This document shows, piece after piece, positions 13,171-28,542 of a stretch of 64,000 nucleotides of DNA (positions within the stretch are counted from its first letter, which is position 1; each line of letters begins with the position of its first letter). The translations under genes and the position numbers were made by a program. The notes under the pieces were generated by a model. It was not told the DNA's origin. It ran no database searches and saw only the letters and a program-made list of their open reading frames with translations. Source of the stretch: Eledone cirrhosa (taxonomy: Eukaryota); contig OZ024742.1 of NCBI GenBank assembly GCA_964016885.1, positions 147,374,001 to 147,438,000 of the forward strand, written 5' to 3'.

Positions 13171-14422
13171 ATTCCAAACATGGAAGCACGGCCTAGAGTC
13201 AAAAGGACTTAAAATTAACCTGGCTAAGACCAAAGTTCTAGTTTGTAGGAAAGAAAACAAGGCGGCGGTCCCTTCTGGGAAATGGTCGTGCTCGGTGTGT
13301 AGGAAAGGCGTAGGTAGAAACTCCATTTTATGTCCTAAATGCAAAGTATGGGTGCATAAAAGATGTAGTGGCATCACAGGTAAGCTAACTAAGAACATAG
13401 ATTTTACATGTGGCCGGTGTTCTGGTGCAATAAGTAGCAGCAAGTGCCCACAAAATACTAGCTCTTTCAATTGCGCAGAGGGTTCTATAGAAATAGTGGA
13501 CAGCTTCCGTTACCTGGGCGATAAAATCAGCAGTGGGGGAGGGTGCTCTGAAAGTACTGTAGCTAGAGTCAGAACTGGTTGGAAAAAGTTCAGAGAGCTT
13601 ATACCACTATTAGCTGCTAAAGGGTTCTCCCTAAAAATGAAAGGCAGGTTGTACGATGCCTGCATACGAACAGCAATGTTGCATGGTAGTGAGACCTGGG
13701 CATTGTGTGCAGAGGATATACGCAGACTAGAGAGGAACGAAGCTTGCATGCTCCGCTGGATGTGTAACAGTAATATACGTGAACGGCAAAGCATAAACGA
13801 ACTAAGGAAAAAATTAGAGATAAGAGGGATCAGATGTTGTTTACTCGAGAGAAGGCTGCGTTGGTATGGACACGTGATGCGCATGAAAGTCGATAGCTGT
13901 ATAACAAAGTGCAGGGCAATAAAGATAGACGGTAGCCACGGAATAGGCAGACCTAGAAAAACATGGGATGAGCTGATAAACTCCGACCTCACACACTTAC
14001 ACCTCTCCAAGACAATGTCACTGGACCGAGACCTTTGGCGGTACTCAGTAACAGAGAAGACCCGCCTTGCCAGTAGGCATCTCTAACAAAATACACCCCG
14101 TCCCACCACCACCCCGTTCTATATAAAGTTATGTTGGTGCCGCGCCATCGAGGCCGAAACAAATGAGATCGTGTAGGTGTCACGACAAAAAAACACACAG
14201 TCCACGCTGTAATGTGGCCGTGTAGGCAACACGGTAAAAACCTCCCAGACCCACACTGTAAATGTGGTTGGTGTTAGGAAGGGCATCCAACTGTAGAAAA
14301 CCTGCCAGACAGTCCTATGCGAGCAAGACAATCACTCTTGCCTCAAGTGGGACTACCCCCGTCCAAACCCATGCAAGCGTGGAACACGGACGTTAAGCGT
14401 TGATGATGATGATGATGATGAT
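13171..14422 (+). mobile_element. 5'-truncated young RTE LINE (subfamily C)
   Basis: Open frame through the PHD-like finger and C-terminus (ORF 13295-14086), nearly identical to the 42625-44133 ORF. Modular 3' UTR and (GAT)n tail; starts after a (TA)n run. Confidence 0.95.
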
Positions 14423-14439
14423 GCATATATATATATATA

Positions 14440-14475
<36 letters not shown>

Positions 14476-14581
14476 TATATATATATATATATGCATATAT
14501 ATATATATATATATATGCATATATATATATATATATATATGCATATATATATATATATATATGCATATATATATATATATA

Positions 14582-14679
<98 letters not shown>

Positions 14680-14713
14680 TATATATATATATATATGCAT
14701 ATATATATATATA

Positions 14714-14763
<50 letters not shown>

Positions 14764-15420
14764 TATATATATATATATAGGCATATATATATATATAGGC
14801 ATATATATATATGCATATATATATATATATATATATAGGCATATATATATATGCATATATATATATATATATATATAGGCATATATATATATATATATGC
14901 ATATATATATATATATATATGCATATATAGGTCCCACCCTTGCAAGCAGGGAAAAGCGGACGTAAAATGATGATGATGATGATGATGATGATGATATATA
15001 TATATATATATGCATATATATATATATATATATATGCATATATATATATATATATATATATGCATATATATATATATATATATATATATGCATATATATA
15101 TATATATATATATATATGCATATATATATATATGCATATATATATATATGCATATATATATATGCATATATATATATATATATATATATGCATATATATA
15201 TATATGCATATATATATATATATATATATGCATATATGCATATATATATATATGCATATATATATATATATATGCATATATATATATATATATGCATATA
15301 TATATATATGCATATATATATATATATGCATATATATATATATGCATATATATATGCATATATATATATGCATATATATATATGCATATATATATATATA
15401 TATATATGCATATATATATA

Positions 15421-15456
<36 letters not shown>

Positions 15457-15576
15457 TATATATATATGCATATATATATATATATATATATATATGCATA
15501 TATATATATATATATATATGCATATATATATATGCATATATATATATATATGCATATATATATATATATATATATA

Positions 15577-15670
<94 letters not shown>

Positions 15671-15811
15671 TATATATATATATATATATATATATGCATA
15701 TATATATATATATATATATGCATATATATATATATGCATATATATATATATATATATATATATGCATATATATATATATATATATATATATGCATATATA
15801 TATATATATAT
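14423..15811. repeat. ~1.4-kb (TA)n array interrupted by GC; contains an isolated RTE-A tail at ~14930-14995
   Basis: Seen directly. Confidence 0.95.
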
Positions 15812-15989
15812 GATCACCTTCAGCATAACTTAGTTAAACTACTCTATAGTTAGTACACTTTATGCTTTAAAAGTCTCTCTTGGAAGGTGCACTTCACCAT
15901 AGAATTTAGGGTCTATATTGGGACACATTTTAATGGCTAGATATAGAAACCCCAGAGTTACCTCCCCGCATGCATTAACTCCCCTTAGC

Positions 15990-16560
15990 CACACACACAC
16001 TTCCGGTATTCAATGGCGTTTCTCGAAACGTAACAACCTCCTGTATCGAACTAAAGAACACCAGACTACGATCTCTAACTGGATTGTCGTGGATTATGTG
16101 AAAGGCATATAATCGAAATATACACTCCCTTGACCATGAAAATGCCGAAGTACATGAATTACTTGACATCCCTGCGCTGTGCATCTCCAATACTTATAAC
16201 ACTTTTAATGCTTGCACTATCTTTAATGCTTATAATATTTCTCCACACACAGACTATATCAATCATATAAAGATTTTGCCACCAGATCTACCAACCTAAC
16301 ACTCTTATTTACCTACCTAAGTGCCTCTACCACACATATCTCTCTGCCACACTATATAAACAAGACGCACATGCGTGCCACACATATAACATTTGCACTA
16401 TATAACCACTTATCTTCATGTTGTACTTTAACCTATATCTTTGATTTTTTATTGTATTGGTATGTCTCTCGGCTGAAAAGGAGGTCATATAACTGTCCAT
16501 GCATTAATAAATTGCTCCGAAGAATCCAAACCTCGGTTTGGAGGAAACAGCTGTAAGCAC
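15990..16560 (+). mobile_element. Decayed Penelope-like element 3' region (GIY-YIG remnant plus hammerhead-like repeat)
   Basis: KRNNLLYRTKEHQ and HSLDHENAEV resemble the Penelope endonuclease R-x-KEH and H-x-IDWEN motifs. Hammerhead-like fold at 16513-16559. Confidence 0.55.
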
Positions 16561-16763
16561 AATAATGTTTTGAACAGTTCTTTGATTCTTATATTTCATA
16601 TAACTGCTCTGTAAATCATCTGATGTTTTTACATTGAGCTACTTAACTTACTGGTAATAAGGTAGTAATACATTACTGCCTACCACTATTTAGGGTGTGT
16701 GTAAAATACTTACAACTGCTTAAGGTTTTGTGTTTACATAACCATAAATAGTATAACTAATAC

Positions 16764-18528
<1,765 letters not shown>

Positions 18529-18529
18529 A

Positions 18530-19409
18530 CAACATGTTACTGAACGAAGACAAATTCGAACTGATCCACTTTGGAAAAGAGGATGCTCTGAAACTCCCGT
18601 ACTCCCTTCCCTCCGGGGAAACTCTCATGGCATCTAACAACATCAGAGACTTGGGAGTAACCGTGGACAGCAACATAAGCTGGACCACGCATATAAGCAG
18701 CAAAGTTGACATGGCCCGCAGAATGTGTTCCTGGATCCTCAGAACCTTCCAGTCGAGAGATTCCCGCACCATTATCCTTCTCTTCTCTACTTTTGCCCGA
18801 CCACACCTTGAATACTGTTGTCCACTGTGGTCTCCCCACACGAAACAAAGTATCATGAAACTTGAAGCTCCTCAAAGGGCAATCACGAAAAAGATAGATG
18901 GCATGTCAGACCTTGACTACTGGGGTCGATTAGAAAACCTGAAACTTTACTCACTCCAACGTCGCCGTGAGCGTTATATTATCTGCATGATGTGGAAAAT
19001 GTTCCATCATCACTGCCCAAATGATGTTGGCATCGCCTTCAAGATACACCCAAGGCTTGGGCCCCGTGCTATCCGTCCCATTCAAAAATCTAAATCGCAA
19101 CTCATAACAACAATACGGCACAATTATTTCACCTCAATCGGCCCTGCTCTCTTCAACATCACACCAGGACACGTCAAAACAGAAACTGACCACACAAAAT
19201 TCAAGAAGTCTTTGGACAAATTCCTCCAAGTAATCCCGGACAAACCACCCACACCAGGATATGTCTCCGCAAACAGTAATTCTCTTCTCGAATGGGCCAT
19301 GGTGCCCAAATCCTGAATTGAAAGACTTCGCCAGGTGGTGCTATTAAGTTAGACATGGCCTGGGCCAATACTGGCCAAAACATTTCAAAGTTATTCAAAG
19401 TTAAGTTAT
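18530..19409 (+). mobile_element. 5'-truncated CR1/L2-group LINE (RT C-terminal region, open to 19316)
   Basis: [51 protein letters not shown]. Flanked on both sides by (TA)n. Confidence 0.9.
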
Positions 19410-19815
<406 letters not shown>

Positions 19816-19819
19816 TTTT

Positions 19820-22800
19820 TTTATGACCATGCTGTAAGATGGAGGGGTAGAGAGGGCCCTTGACTCTAGTAAGACATCCTCTCTAGTGCTGGTGGCACAA
19901 ATAAAAGCACCCAGTCCATGCTGTAAAGTGGTGCTGGTGTTAGGAAGGGCATCCAACCAGTGTATCAATGCCAAAACGCTTAGCAGCACAGCAACAAATA
20001 GGAACAACAACAAAGTATGAAGACGTCGCATCTCAGAGTTGCAACACTTAATGTTGGCACTCTTAGAGGTAGATCTGCTGAAATAGCGGAGATGCTGGAG
20101 AGAAGGCATGTGGATGTGTGCTGCGTGCAAGAGGTGAGATGGAGAGGTGCCTCTGCGAGACTAGTCGTAGGCAAACATCTTAGCTATAAGCTTTTCTGGG
20201 TAGGTATGGGTTAGGGGGAGTAGGCATTTTCCTGGCTGAGAGATGGATCAATAAGACAATTGAGGTAGTTTGAGTTAGTAATCGAATAATTAAGCTTAGA
20301 TTAGTTGTAGGCAGGAGACTACTGACAATCATCTCTGCCTATGCTCCCCAAGCAGGCCTAGGCAAAGATGAGAAAGACTGCTTTTACAAACAACCGCAAT
20401 GACAGGACGGAGACATCGTTATGCTAGCAGGGGACTTCAATGGTCATGTTGGATAGCTCCAGGATGGTTACACTGGGGTACATGGTGGGCACAGTTACGG
20501 CTCAAGAAATGAAGGAGTGAGACTTCTTGAATTTTGTGATGCAAGTACACTGACAATTTGCAACACAAACTTCCAGAAACCTGCCAATCACCTAATAACC
20601 TACAAATCTGGCAAGCACATAAGCCAGATTGACTTCTTACTAGTTAGGCAGCGGGACAGGCAGATAGTGTCTAATACCAAGGCATACCCTGGGGAAGAAT
20701 GTACCCCACAGCATAGGTTAGTCGTTAGTGATATCTCAGTAAGCAAGAGATGGAATGAGACACAGAAAGGTCTGGAAGCTAAAAGACCTTTCACTAAAAT
20801 ACAAATTTAGGAAAGCCCTTCAAGATGTATATGATGAAAAAGAAGACGATTTAGAGATGTATGACATAGATAATAACTGGAATTTCTTACGTGACAACTT
20901 GCCGCAGGCTACTGATGAAACTTGTGGTTGGAGCTGAGCTCCAGCCAGACAAAGAGTGACCTGGTGGTGGAACAGCACAGTAGATAAGGCCGTTAGAGAC
21001 AAAAGACTAGCATGGAAGGCTTGGAAAAAGGGTGGGAGTAGGGAAGAATATACAGCCGCTAAGAGAGAAGCTAGACGTCAGGTGTACTTAGCACGCAGGG
21101 AGGCTGAGAGTAGGAGGTTTGCCAATGTTCTGCGAAGGGAAGATCAGAGGTGTGCGGTGTTCCACATTGCAAGGCAGTGTGTCAATGCAAATCAGGATGT
21201 TGTTGGAGATAAATGTGTCCGGCATGATGCCGGTGTACTTAGTGTCACGAATGATCAGAAAAAGGAGGCCTGGAAATGTTATTATGAGAGACTGTTGAAT
21301 GTGGAGAACGAATGGGAGAGAGAGAAATTACCCTTAGTAGATCCGACAGAGGGACCAGCTATTGAGATTGACGAATATAGGGTCCAAGAGGTGATTAAGG
21401 AAATGAAAAATGGTAAGGCTGCTGAACCATCTGGAATAGTTGCTGAGATGCTGAAGGCATCAGGGGACGTAGGCACTAAACTGGTTGCACGCATCATCAA
21501 TCAGGCTATATATGGTGGTGTCATACCCAAAGACTGGTGCAGCAGTATTCTCATAAATTGCTACAAAGGTAAAGGGGATGCTCTGGAGAGGAGCAATTAT
21601 AGGGGTATAAAACTGATGGATCAGGTTATGAAAGTGGCAGAAAGGATATTAGCACAACTAATTAGAGAAAGGGTCAAACTAGATGAGATACAGTTTGGTT
21701 TTGTGCCTGGGAAGAGTACAACAGATGCCCTCTTCTTGGTGAGACAATTGCAAGAGAGGTTCTTAGAGAAAAATAAGCCACTATACTTAGCCTTTGTTGA
21801 CCTAGAGAAGACCTTTGATAGGGTACCCCAATCTGTCATCTGGTAGTCCCTAAGGAAACTAGATGTTGAGGAATGGCTTGTGAGGACAGTGCAAACTTTG
21901 TACAGAGGTACTCTCAGTAAAGTCAAGGTAGGAATGGAGTTTAGTGAGGAATTCCAGATACAAGTAGGAGTACATCAAGGTTCGGTCCTCAGCCTGCTCT
22001 TGTTCATTATAGTCCTCCAAGCCATAACAGAGGAGTTTAAGACTGGCTGTCCATGGGAACTTCTCTATGCTGACGATCTGGTTCTTATAGCAGAAGGAGG
22101 AGGAGTAGAGGAGGAGCTAGAGAATAAATTCTGGCTATGGAAACAGCAGTTGGAAGCAGGAGGACTGAGAGTGAACCTAGCTAAGACAAAAGTGTTGATG
22201 AGTAGAAAAGAGGACTAAACTCTGATTCTGAAAGGGAAATGGCCATGTTCGATATGCAGAAAAGGAACTGGCATAAATTCTATAAAATGCACACAATGCA
22301 GATCCTGGGTACACAGCGGGATAGCAGGCAAACTAACAGGTAGGGAGAAATATGTATGCAGTAGATGTACAGGGATATTAGACAGTAGAAGTCGCACTGA
22401 TAGACACATTTTTCAAATGCAGGAGGGTGCTATAGAAGTGGTGGAAAGCTTCTGGTACCGAGGAGATCAGATTAGCATGGGAGGAGGGTGTTCCGAGGCC
22501 ATAGTATCTAGAATAAGGACGAGTTGGAAGAAGTTTAGGGAGCTGCTTTCTCTGCTGACGAAAAAGGGTTTCTCCCTGCGTACGAAAGGCTGATTGTATG
22601 ATGCCTGTGTGAGGAGCGCGATGCTGCATGGTAGTGAGACATGGGCAGCAACTGCAGAGGATATGCGACGGCTGGAGAGAAATGAGGCAAGCATGCTCCA
22701 TTGGATGTGCAGTGTCAATGTGCGTGAACGACCCAGCATGAATGTGTTGAGAGAGAAACTGTCTGAGAGGGATAGAATGTAGTGTACGGGAGAGGAGACT

Positions 22801-23058
22801 GAGGTGGTATGGACATGTGGTGCGCATGGAGGATGACCAATGGGTGAAGAAGTGCCAGGAAATGCCAGTTGAAGGAAGATGTGGTAGAGGTAGACCATGA
22901 AAAACATGGGCGGAGGTGGTGAGAACAGACCTCAGATCGCTGAAGCTCACGGTAGAGATGACGAAGGACCATGACGAGTGGAGAGATGCTGTGCTGAATA
23001 AGACCCATCCCACCCTTGCAAGCAGGGAAGAGCGGACGTAAAATGATGATGATGATGA
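19820..23058 (+). mobile_element. Near-full-length RTE LINE (subfamily A), disrupted ORF
   Basis: APE start [16 protein letters not shown]...QEVRW at 20017, RT (QFGF, AFVD, QGSVLS, YADD), PHD-like finger and 3' tail. Multiple stops and frameshifts. Confidence 0.95.
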
Positions 23059-23475
23059 TATGCATATGCATATATATATATATGCATATATATATATATA
23101 TGCATATTTATATATATATGCATATATATATATATAGGCATACCGCCTATGGAAGCACCATAGCTACCATTATACACAACTATATGCATATATATATATA
23201 TATATATGCATATATGCATATATATATATGCATATATGTATATATATATGCATATATGCATATATATATATATATGCATATATGCATTTAGCAGTGTGAG
23301 TAGAATGATTAGTCGTTAGTGTGCAGTGTCCAGTGGTCACAGTGTGTTAAAGTGATAGTATCCTCGTTGGATTGTCTTGTCGACATAGACGTGAGGGAAG
23401 GTCCGTCGATCTATTTACCATCTTTGTAATTACAATATTCCTTTCGTCAGGTCGCCAATTCCAGCAGCATGGATT

Positions 23476-24047
23476 CATCATCATCATCATCAACATTTAA
23501 CGTCCGTGTTCCACGCTTGCATGGGTTTGGACGGGGGTTTTCCCACTTGAGGCAAGAGTGATTGTCTTGCTCGCATAGGACTGTCTGGCAGGTTTTCTAC
23601 AGCTGGATGCCCTTCCTAACACCAACCACATTTACAGTGTGGGGCTGGGAGGTTTTTACCGTGTTAACTACACGGCCACATTACAGCGTGGACTGTGTGT
23701 TTTTTTGTCGTTGACACCTACACGATCTCATTTGTTTCGGCCTGGATGTTGTGGCACCAACATAACTTTACATTGAAGGGGCGGTGTGGATGGGGTGGGG
23801 GGGCGATGGGACGGGGGTGTATTTTGTTAGAGATGCCTACTGGCTGTAGTTGGTTTTACTTTGTATTTAGGTAAGGCGGGTCTTCTCTATTACTGAGTAC
23901 CGCCAAAGGTCTCGGTCCAGTGACATTGTCTTGGAGAGGTGTAAGTGTGTGAGGTCAGAATTTATCAGCTCGTCCCAGGTTTTTCTGGGTCTGCCTACTC
24001 CGTAGCTACCGTCTATCTTTATTGCCCTGCACTTTGATATACAGCTA
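23476..24047 (-). mobile_element. RTE subfamily C 3' fragment
   Basis: GRPRKTWDELINSDL...EKTRLT* and the same 3' UTR as 42249-42625. Confidence 0.92.
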
Positions 24048-24114
24048 CAGCCAGCTTGAGTTGCCAGTTCATAATCCATTGCTGCATTGTGTCCAGGTCT
24101 GATTGCGTTATAGA

Positions 24115-24492
24115 TGTTATTGAGACACGAGTAACATAATAATGATTTCAACAGCAGAAATTAGAGATGAAATGTATGTTTATTTTTGATGTAGCACAAA
24201 CAATGTTTGTTAACTTATATGGTTGAAGTTACACATAAAAAGAGGTTACAAAAGGGAATGTGCCATTGCGCCGGAAAGCCGGCGAGGGTCGGGTGCAAAA
24301 TCTCACCGTTACATTATGCGTGTTGCTGGTTCGAAGTTCCCGGTACAAGAGATAGATTCTTCAAATCTTCGCGGGGAATTTCTTCCTCAGGGCGCGTAGG
24401 GATACATCCTCTTCTACTGGCGCTGATTGGCTGAACTGAGCCAAATCACGCACAGAGAATGTATGTGAGCCCGCGGAATGTAGGTCACTACA
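24115..24492 (-). mobile_element. Probable solo LTR
   Basis: Minus strand TGTAGTGA...CCAAT...AATAAA...AATAACA (TG..CA ends), CpG-rich relative to the flanks. No clear TSD. It abuts a CR1-like QSDLDTMQQWIMNWQLKL fragment at ~24050-24110. Confidence 0.5.
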
Positions 24493-24527
24493 TGCATATA
24501 TATATATTTATATATATATATATATGC

Positions 24528-24564
<37 letters not shown>

Positions 24565-24580
24565 AATATGCATATATATA

Positions 24581-26177
24581 TCATCATCACCGTTTTACGT
24601 CCGTTCTTCCATGCTAGCATGGGTTAGACGGGTTGTCCTGTTGTGGGCAGTGTCTGGTCGGCTGACCATGCCTTGCTCATACAGGAACTGATTTTGGCTT
24701 CATTTCTACAGCTGGATGCCCTTCCTAACACTAACCTCATTTACAGTGAGTGATGGGTGCTTTTTCCATGTGGGCTGGGTGCTTTTTTGCCGTGGCACCT
24801 CCACGACCACCTTGCAGTGGGAGGGTGTGGGGGCATATTGTCTATATGCTTCAGCTTCTACCCATGGAAGGTCGGGTACTCTGTATTACTGCGTGACGCT
24901 AGAGGTCACGGTCGTGTGTCATCGCCTTTGAGAGGTGTAATTGGGTAAGGTCGGCTTTTATCACCTCATCCCAGGTCTTCTTGGGTCTCCCCACTCCGCG
25001 GTTTCCATTGACTTCTAGTGCTCTGCACATTTTTATGCAGCTGTTATCCTTCATACGCATCACATGTCCATACCAATGCAACCGCCTCTCCTGCACACAG
25101 CATTTGATTCCTCTTATGCTCAGTCTCTCTCTCAATTCATTTATGCTTTGCCGTTTGCGTATATTACTATTACACGCATCATACAGCCTGCCTTTCATTT
25201 TGAGGGAGAAGCCTTTTGCAGCTAGCAGTGGCAGTAGTTCCCTGAACTTCTTCCATCCCGTTCTTACCCTAGTTATTGTACTTTCTGAACACCCACCTCC
25301 GCTGCTAATTCAGTCACCTAGGTAGCAGAAGCTGTCTACTGTTTCTACAGAGCCCTCCCAGAGATTGGTGGTACTTGTTTCCTGTGGCTGTTTGCTGATT
25401 GCTGTCCCAGCACAGCTGCTGCATATGAAGCCTATATTCTTAATTAAGCTTCCTGAGATCCCGCTACATTTCTTGTGTACCCATTGTTTGCATTTGGGGC
25501 ATTTGTTTTCTCGTTTACTTACAAGGACCTTAGTCTTTGTCATGTTGACTTTGAAATCCTTTCTTTCTAGTCCCAGCTTCCAAGTTTGGAATTTCTTCTC
25601 TAGTTCTACCATAGATTCAGCTATAAGTGCGAGGTCATCAGCATACAGGAGTTCCCATGGGCATCCGGTCTTAAACTCCTCCGTTATTGCCTGCAGGACT
25701 ATGATGAACAGGAGAGGGCTAAGAACAGAGCCCTGGTGGAGACCAACTTGTACGCTAAATTCCTCGCTATACTCATTGCTAATCCTAACTTTGCTGACTG
25801 CTCCCCTATACATGGCTTGTACAGCTTTCACAAGCCATTCATCTACTCCTAGTTTTCTAAGAGCCCACCAGATTACAGCGCGTGGAACTCTGTCAAAGGT
25901 TTTCTCGAGATCGACGAATGCCAGGTAGAATGGCTTACTTTTAGCTAGGTACTTTTCCTGTAACTGCCTCACAAGGAAGAGGGCATCAGTGGTGCCTCTT
26001 CCTGGTACATCCCAAATTGCATCTCATCTAGTTTCACCCGGTCCCTAATCAACTGTGCTATAACTCTTTCTGTTACTTTCATGACCTGGTCCATCAGCTT
26101 TATACCTCTATAGTTTCCTCTATCTTGTACATCACCTTTACCTTTGTCGCAGTTGACAATGATGCTACTGCACCAAT
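24581..26177 (-). mobile_element. 5'-truncated RTE LINE (subfamily B), internally deleted
   Basis: RT motifs (LAFVDLEK, HQGSVLSP, YADD) with deletions in the PHD-like finger. 3' UTR ends GAAGAACGGACGTAAAACGGTGATGATG. Confidence 0.93.
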
Positions 26178-26181
26178 ATAC

Positions 26182-26212
<31 letters not shown>

Positions 26213-26508
26213 CATATATATAAATACATATATATAAATACATATATATAAATATACATATATGTATATACATATATATAAATATACATATATATAAATA
26301 TACATATATATATATACATACATTCATATATATATATACATATACATACATATACATACATTCATATATATATATACATATACATACATATATATACATA
26401 TATATATATACATACATATATATACATATATATACATATATATACATATATATATACATATATATACATATATATATCTAAGTATATATAAATATATATA
26501 TATATATA

Positions 26509-26574
<66 letters not shown>

Positions 26575-26589
26575 TATATTTATATATAT

Positions 26590-26632
<43 letters not shown>

Positions 26633-26638
26633 TATATT

Positions 26639-26697
<59 letters not shown>

Positions 26698-26807
26698 GCA
26701 TATATATATATATGCATATATATATATATATGCATATATATATATATGCATATATATATATATGCATATAGGCATATATATATATGCGTATATATATATA
26801 TATATGC

Positions 26808-26839
<32 letters not shown>

Positions 26840-27520
26840 GCATATATATATATATATGCATATATATATATGCATATATATATATATACATATATGCATA
26901 TATATATATATATGCATATATTTATATATATATATATATATATGCATACATATATATATATATATATATATATGCATACATATATATATATATGCATATA
27001 TATATATATGCATATATATATATATATGCATATGGAGGCACATGGCTTAGTGGTTAGAGCATTGGCCTTGCAATCGAAAGGTTGTGAGTTCAATTCTCAG
27101 ACCGGGTGATGTGTTGTTTCCTTGAGCAAGACACTTTATTTCACATTGCTCCAGTTTACTCAGCTGTAGAAATGAGATGATAGGGACTGGGGTCCCTATC
27201 ATTCCACTGCAAAGTGGTCGTGGAGGTGCCACGGCAAAAAAGCACCCAGCACTCACTGTAAATGAGGTTGGTGTTAGGAAGGGCATCCAGCTGTAGAAAT
27301 CAAGCCAGAATCAGTTCCCGTCCCACCCTTGCAAGCAGGGAAAAAGCGGACGTAAAATGAAATGATTGATTGAAATGATGCATATATATATATATATGCA
27401 TATATATATATATATGCATATATTTATATATATATATATATATATATGCATATATATATATATATGATGATGATGATGATGATGATGCATATATATATAT
27501 ATGCATATATATATATATGC

Positions 27521-27556
<36 letters not shown>

Positions 27557-27755
27557 GCATATATATATATATATGCATATATATATATATATATATATAT
27601 AATGCATATATGTATGCATATATGTATATAGGCATATATATATATATGCGTATTTATATATATATGCGTATATATATATATATGCGTATATATATATATA
27701 TATATATACATATATGCATATATATATATATATATATATATATGCATGCATGCAT
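26178..27755. repeat. (TA)n arrays with CA/GC interruptions surrounding SINEs
   Basis: Seen directly. Confidence 0.9.
27034..27378 (+). mobile_element. tRNA-derived SINE with RTE tail
   Basis: Full-length family member. Confidence 0.92.
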
Positions 27756-28093
27756 GAGGCACATGGCTTAGTGGTTAGAGCATTGGCCTTGCAATCGAAA
27801 GGTTGTGAGTTCAATTCTCAGACCAGGTGATGTGTTGTTTCCTTGAGCAAGACACTTTATTTCACATTGCTCCAGTTTTCTCAGCTGTAGAAATGAGATG
27901 ATCGGGACTGCGGTCCATATCATTCCACTGCAAAGTGGTCGTGGAGGTGCCACGACCAAAAAGCACCCAGCACAGATTGTAAATGCGGTTGGTGTTAGGG
28001 CATCCAGCTGTAGAAATCAAGCCAGAATCTGTTCCCGTCCCACCCTTGCAAGCAGGGAAAACGTGGACGTAAAATGAAATGGTGATGATGATG
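27756..28093 (+). mobile_element. tRNA-derived SINE with RTE tail
   Basis: Full-length family member. Confidence 0.92.
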
Positions 28094-28106
28094 ATATATA
28101 TATATG

Positions 28107-28540
28107 CATCATCATCATCGTTTAACGTCCATCTTCCACGCTTGCATGAGTTTTCCCACTTGAGGCAAGATTGGTTGTCCTGCTCGTATAGGAGTCTGGC
28201 GGGTTTTCTACGGCTGGATGCCCTTCCTAACACCAACCACAATTACAGTGTGGACTGGGAGGTTTTGACCGTGTTACCTACACGGCCACATTACAGCGTG
28301 GACTGTGTGTTTTTTTGTCATGACACCTTCACGTCTGGCAGGTTTTCTCCGGTTGGGTGCCCTTCCCAAAACCAACCACGTTTACAGTGTGGACTGGGAG
28401 GTTTTTACCGTGTTACCTACACGGCCACATTACAGTGTGGACTGTGTTTTTTTTTTGTCGTGACACCTACACGACCTCATTTGTTTCAGACTGGATGTTG
28501 TGGTACCAACATAACTTCACATTTAAGGGGGTGGTGTGGA
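28107..28540 (-). mobile_element. RTE subfamily C 3' UTR with an internal tandem duplication
   Basis: Matches 42250-42560. The ~140-bp module is present twice and the element is cut by the mariner. Confidence 0.8.
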
Positions 28541-28542
28541 TA

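Noticed and set aside
13510-14010. Antisense ORFs over RTE copies (also 25365-25928, 44391-44948)
   Set aside because: Shadow frames of LINE coding sequence with no recognisable domain.
27034-27105. tRNA-Cys-like gene (and similar heads elsewhere)
   Set aside because: These are SINE heads fused to a core and LINE tail; there is no proper acceptor stem.
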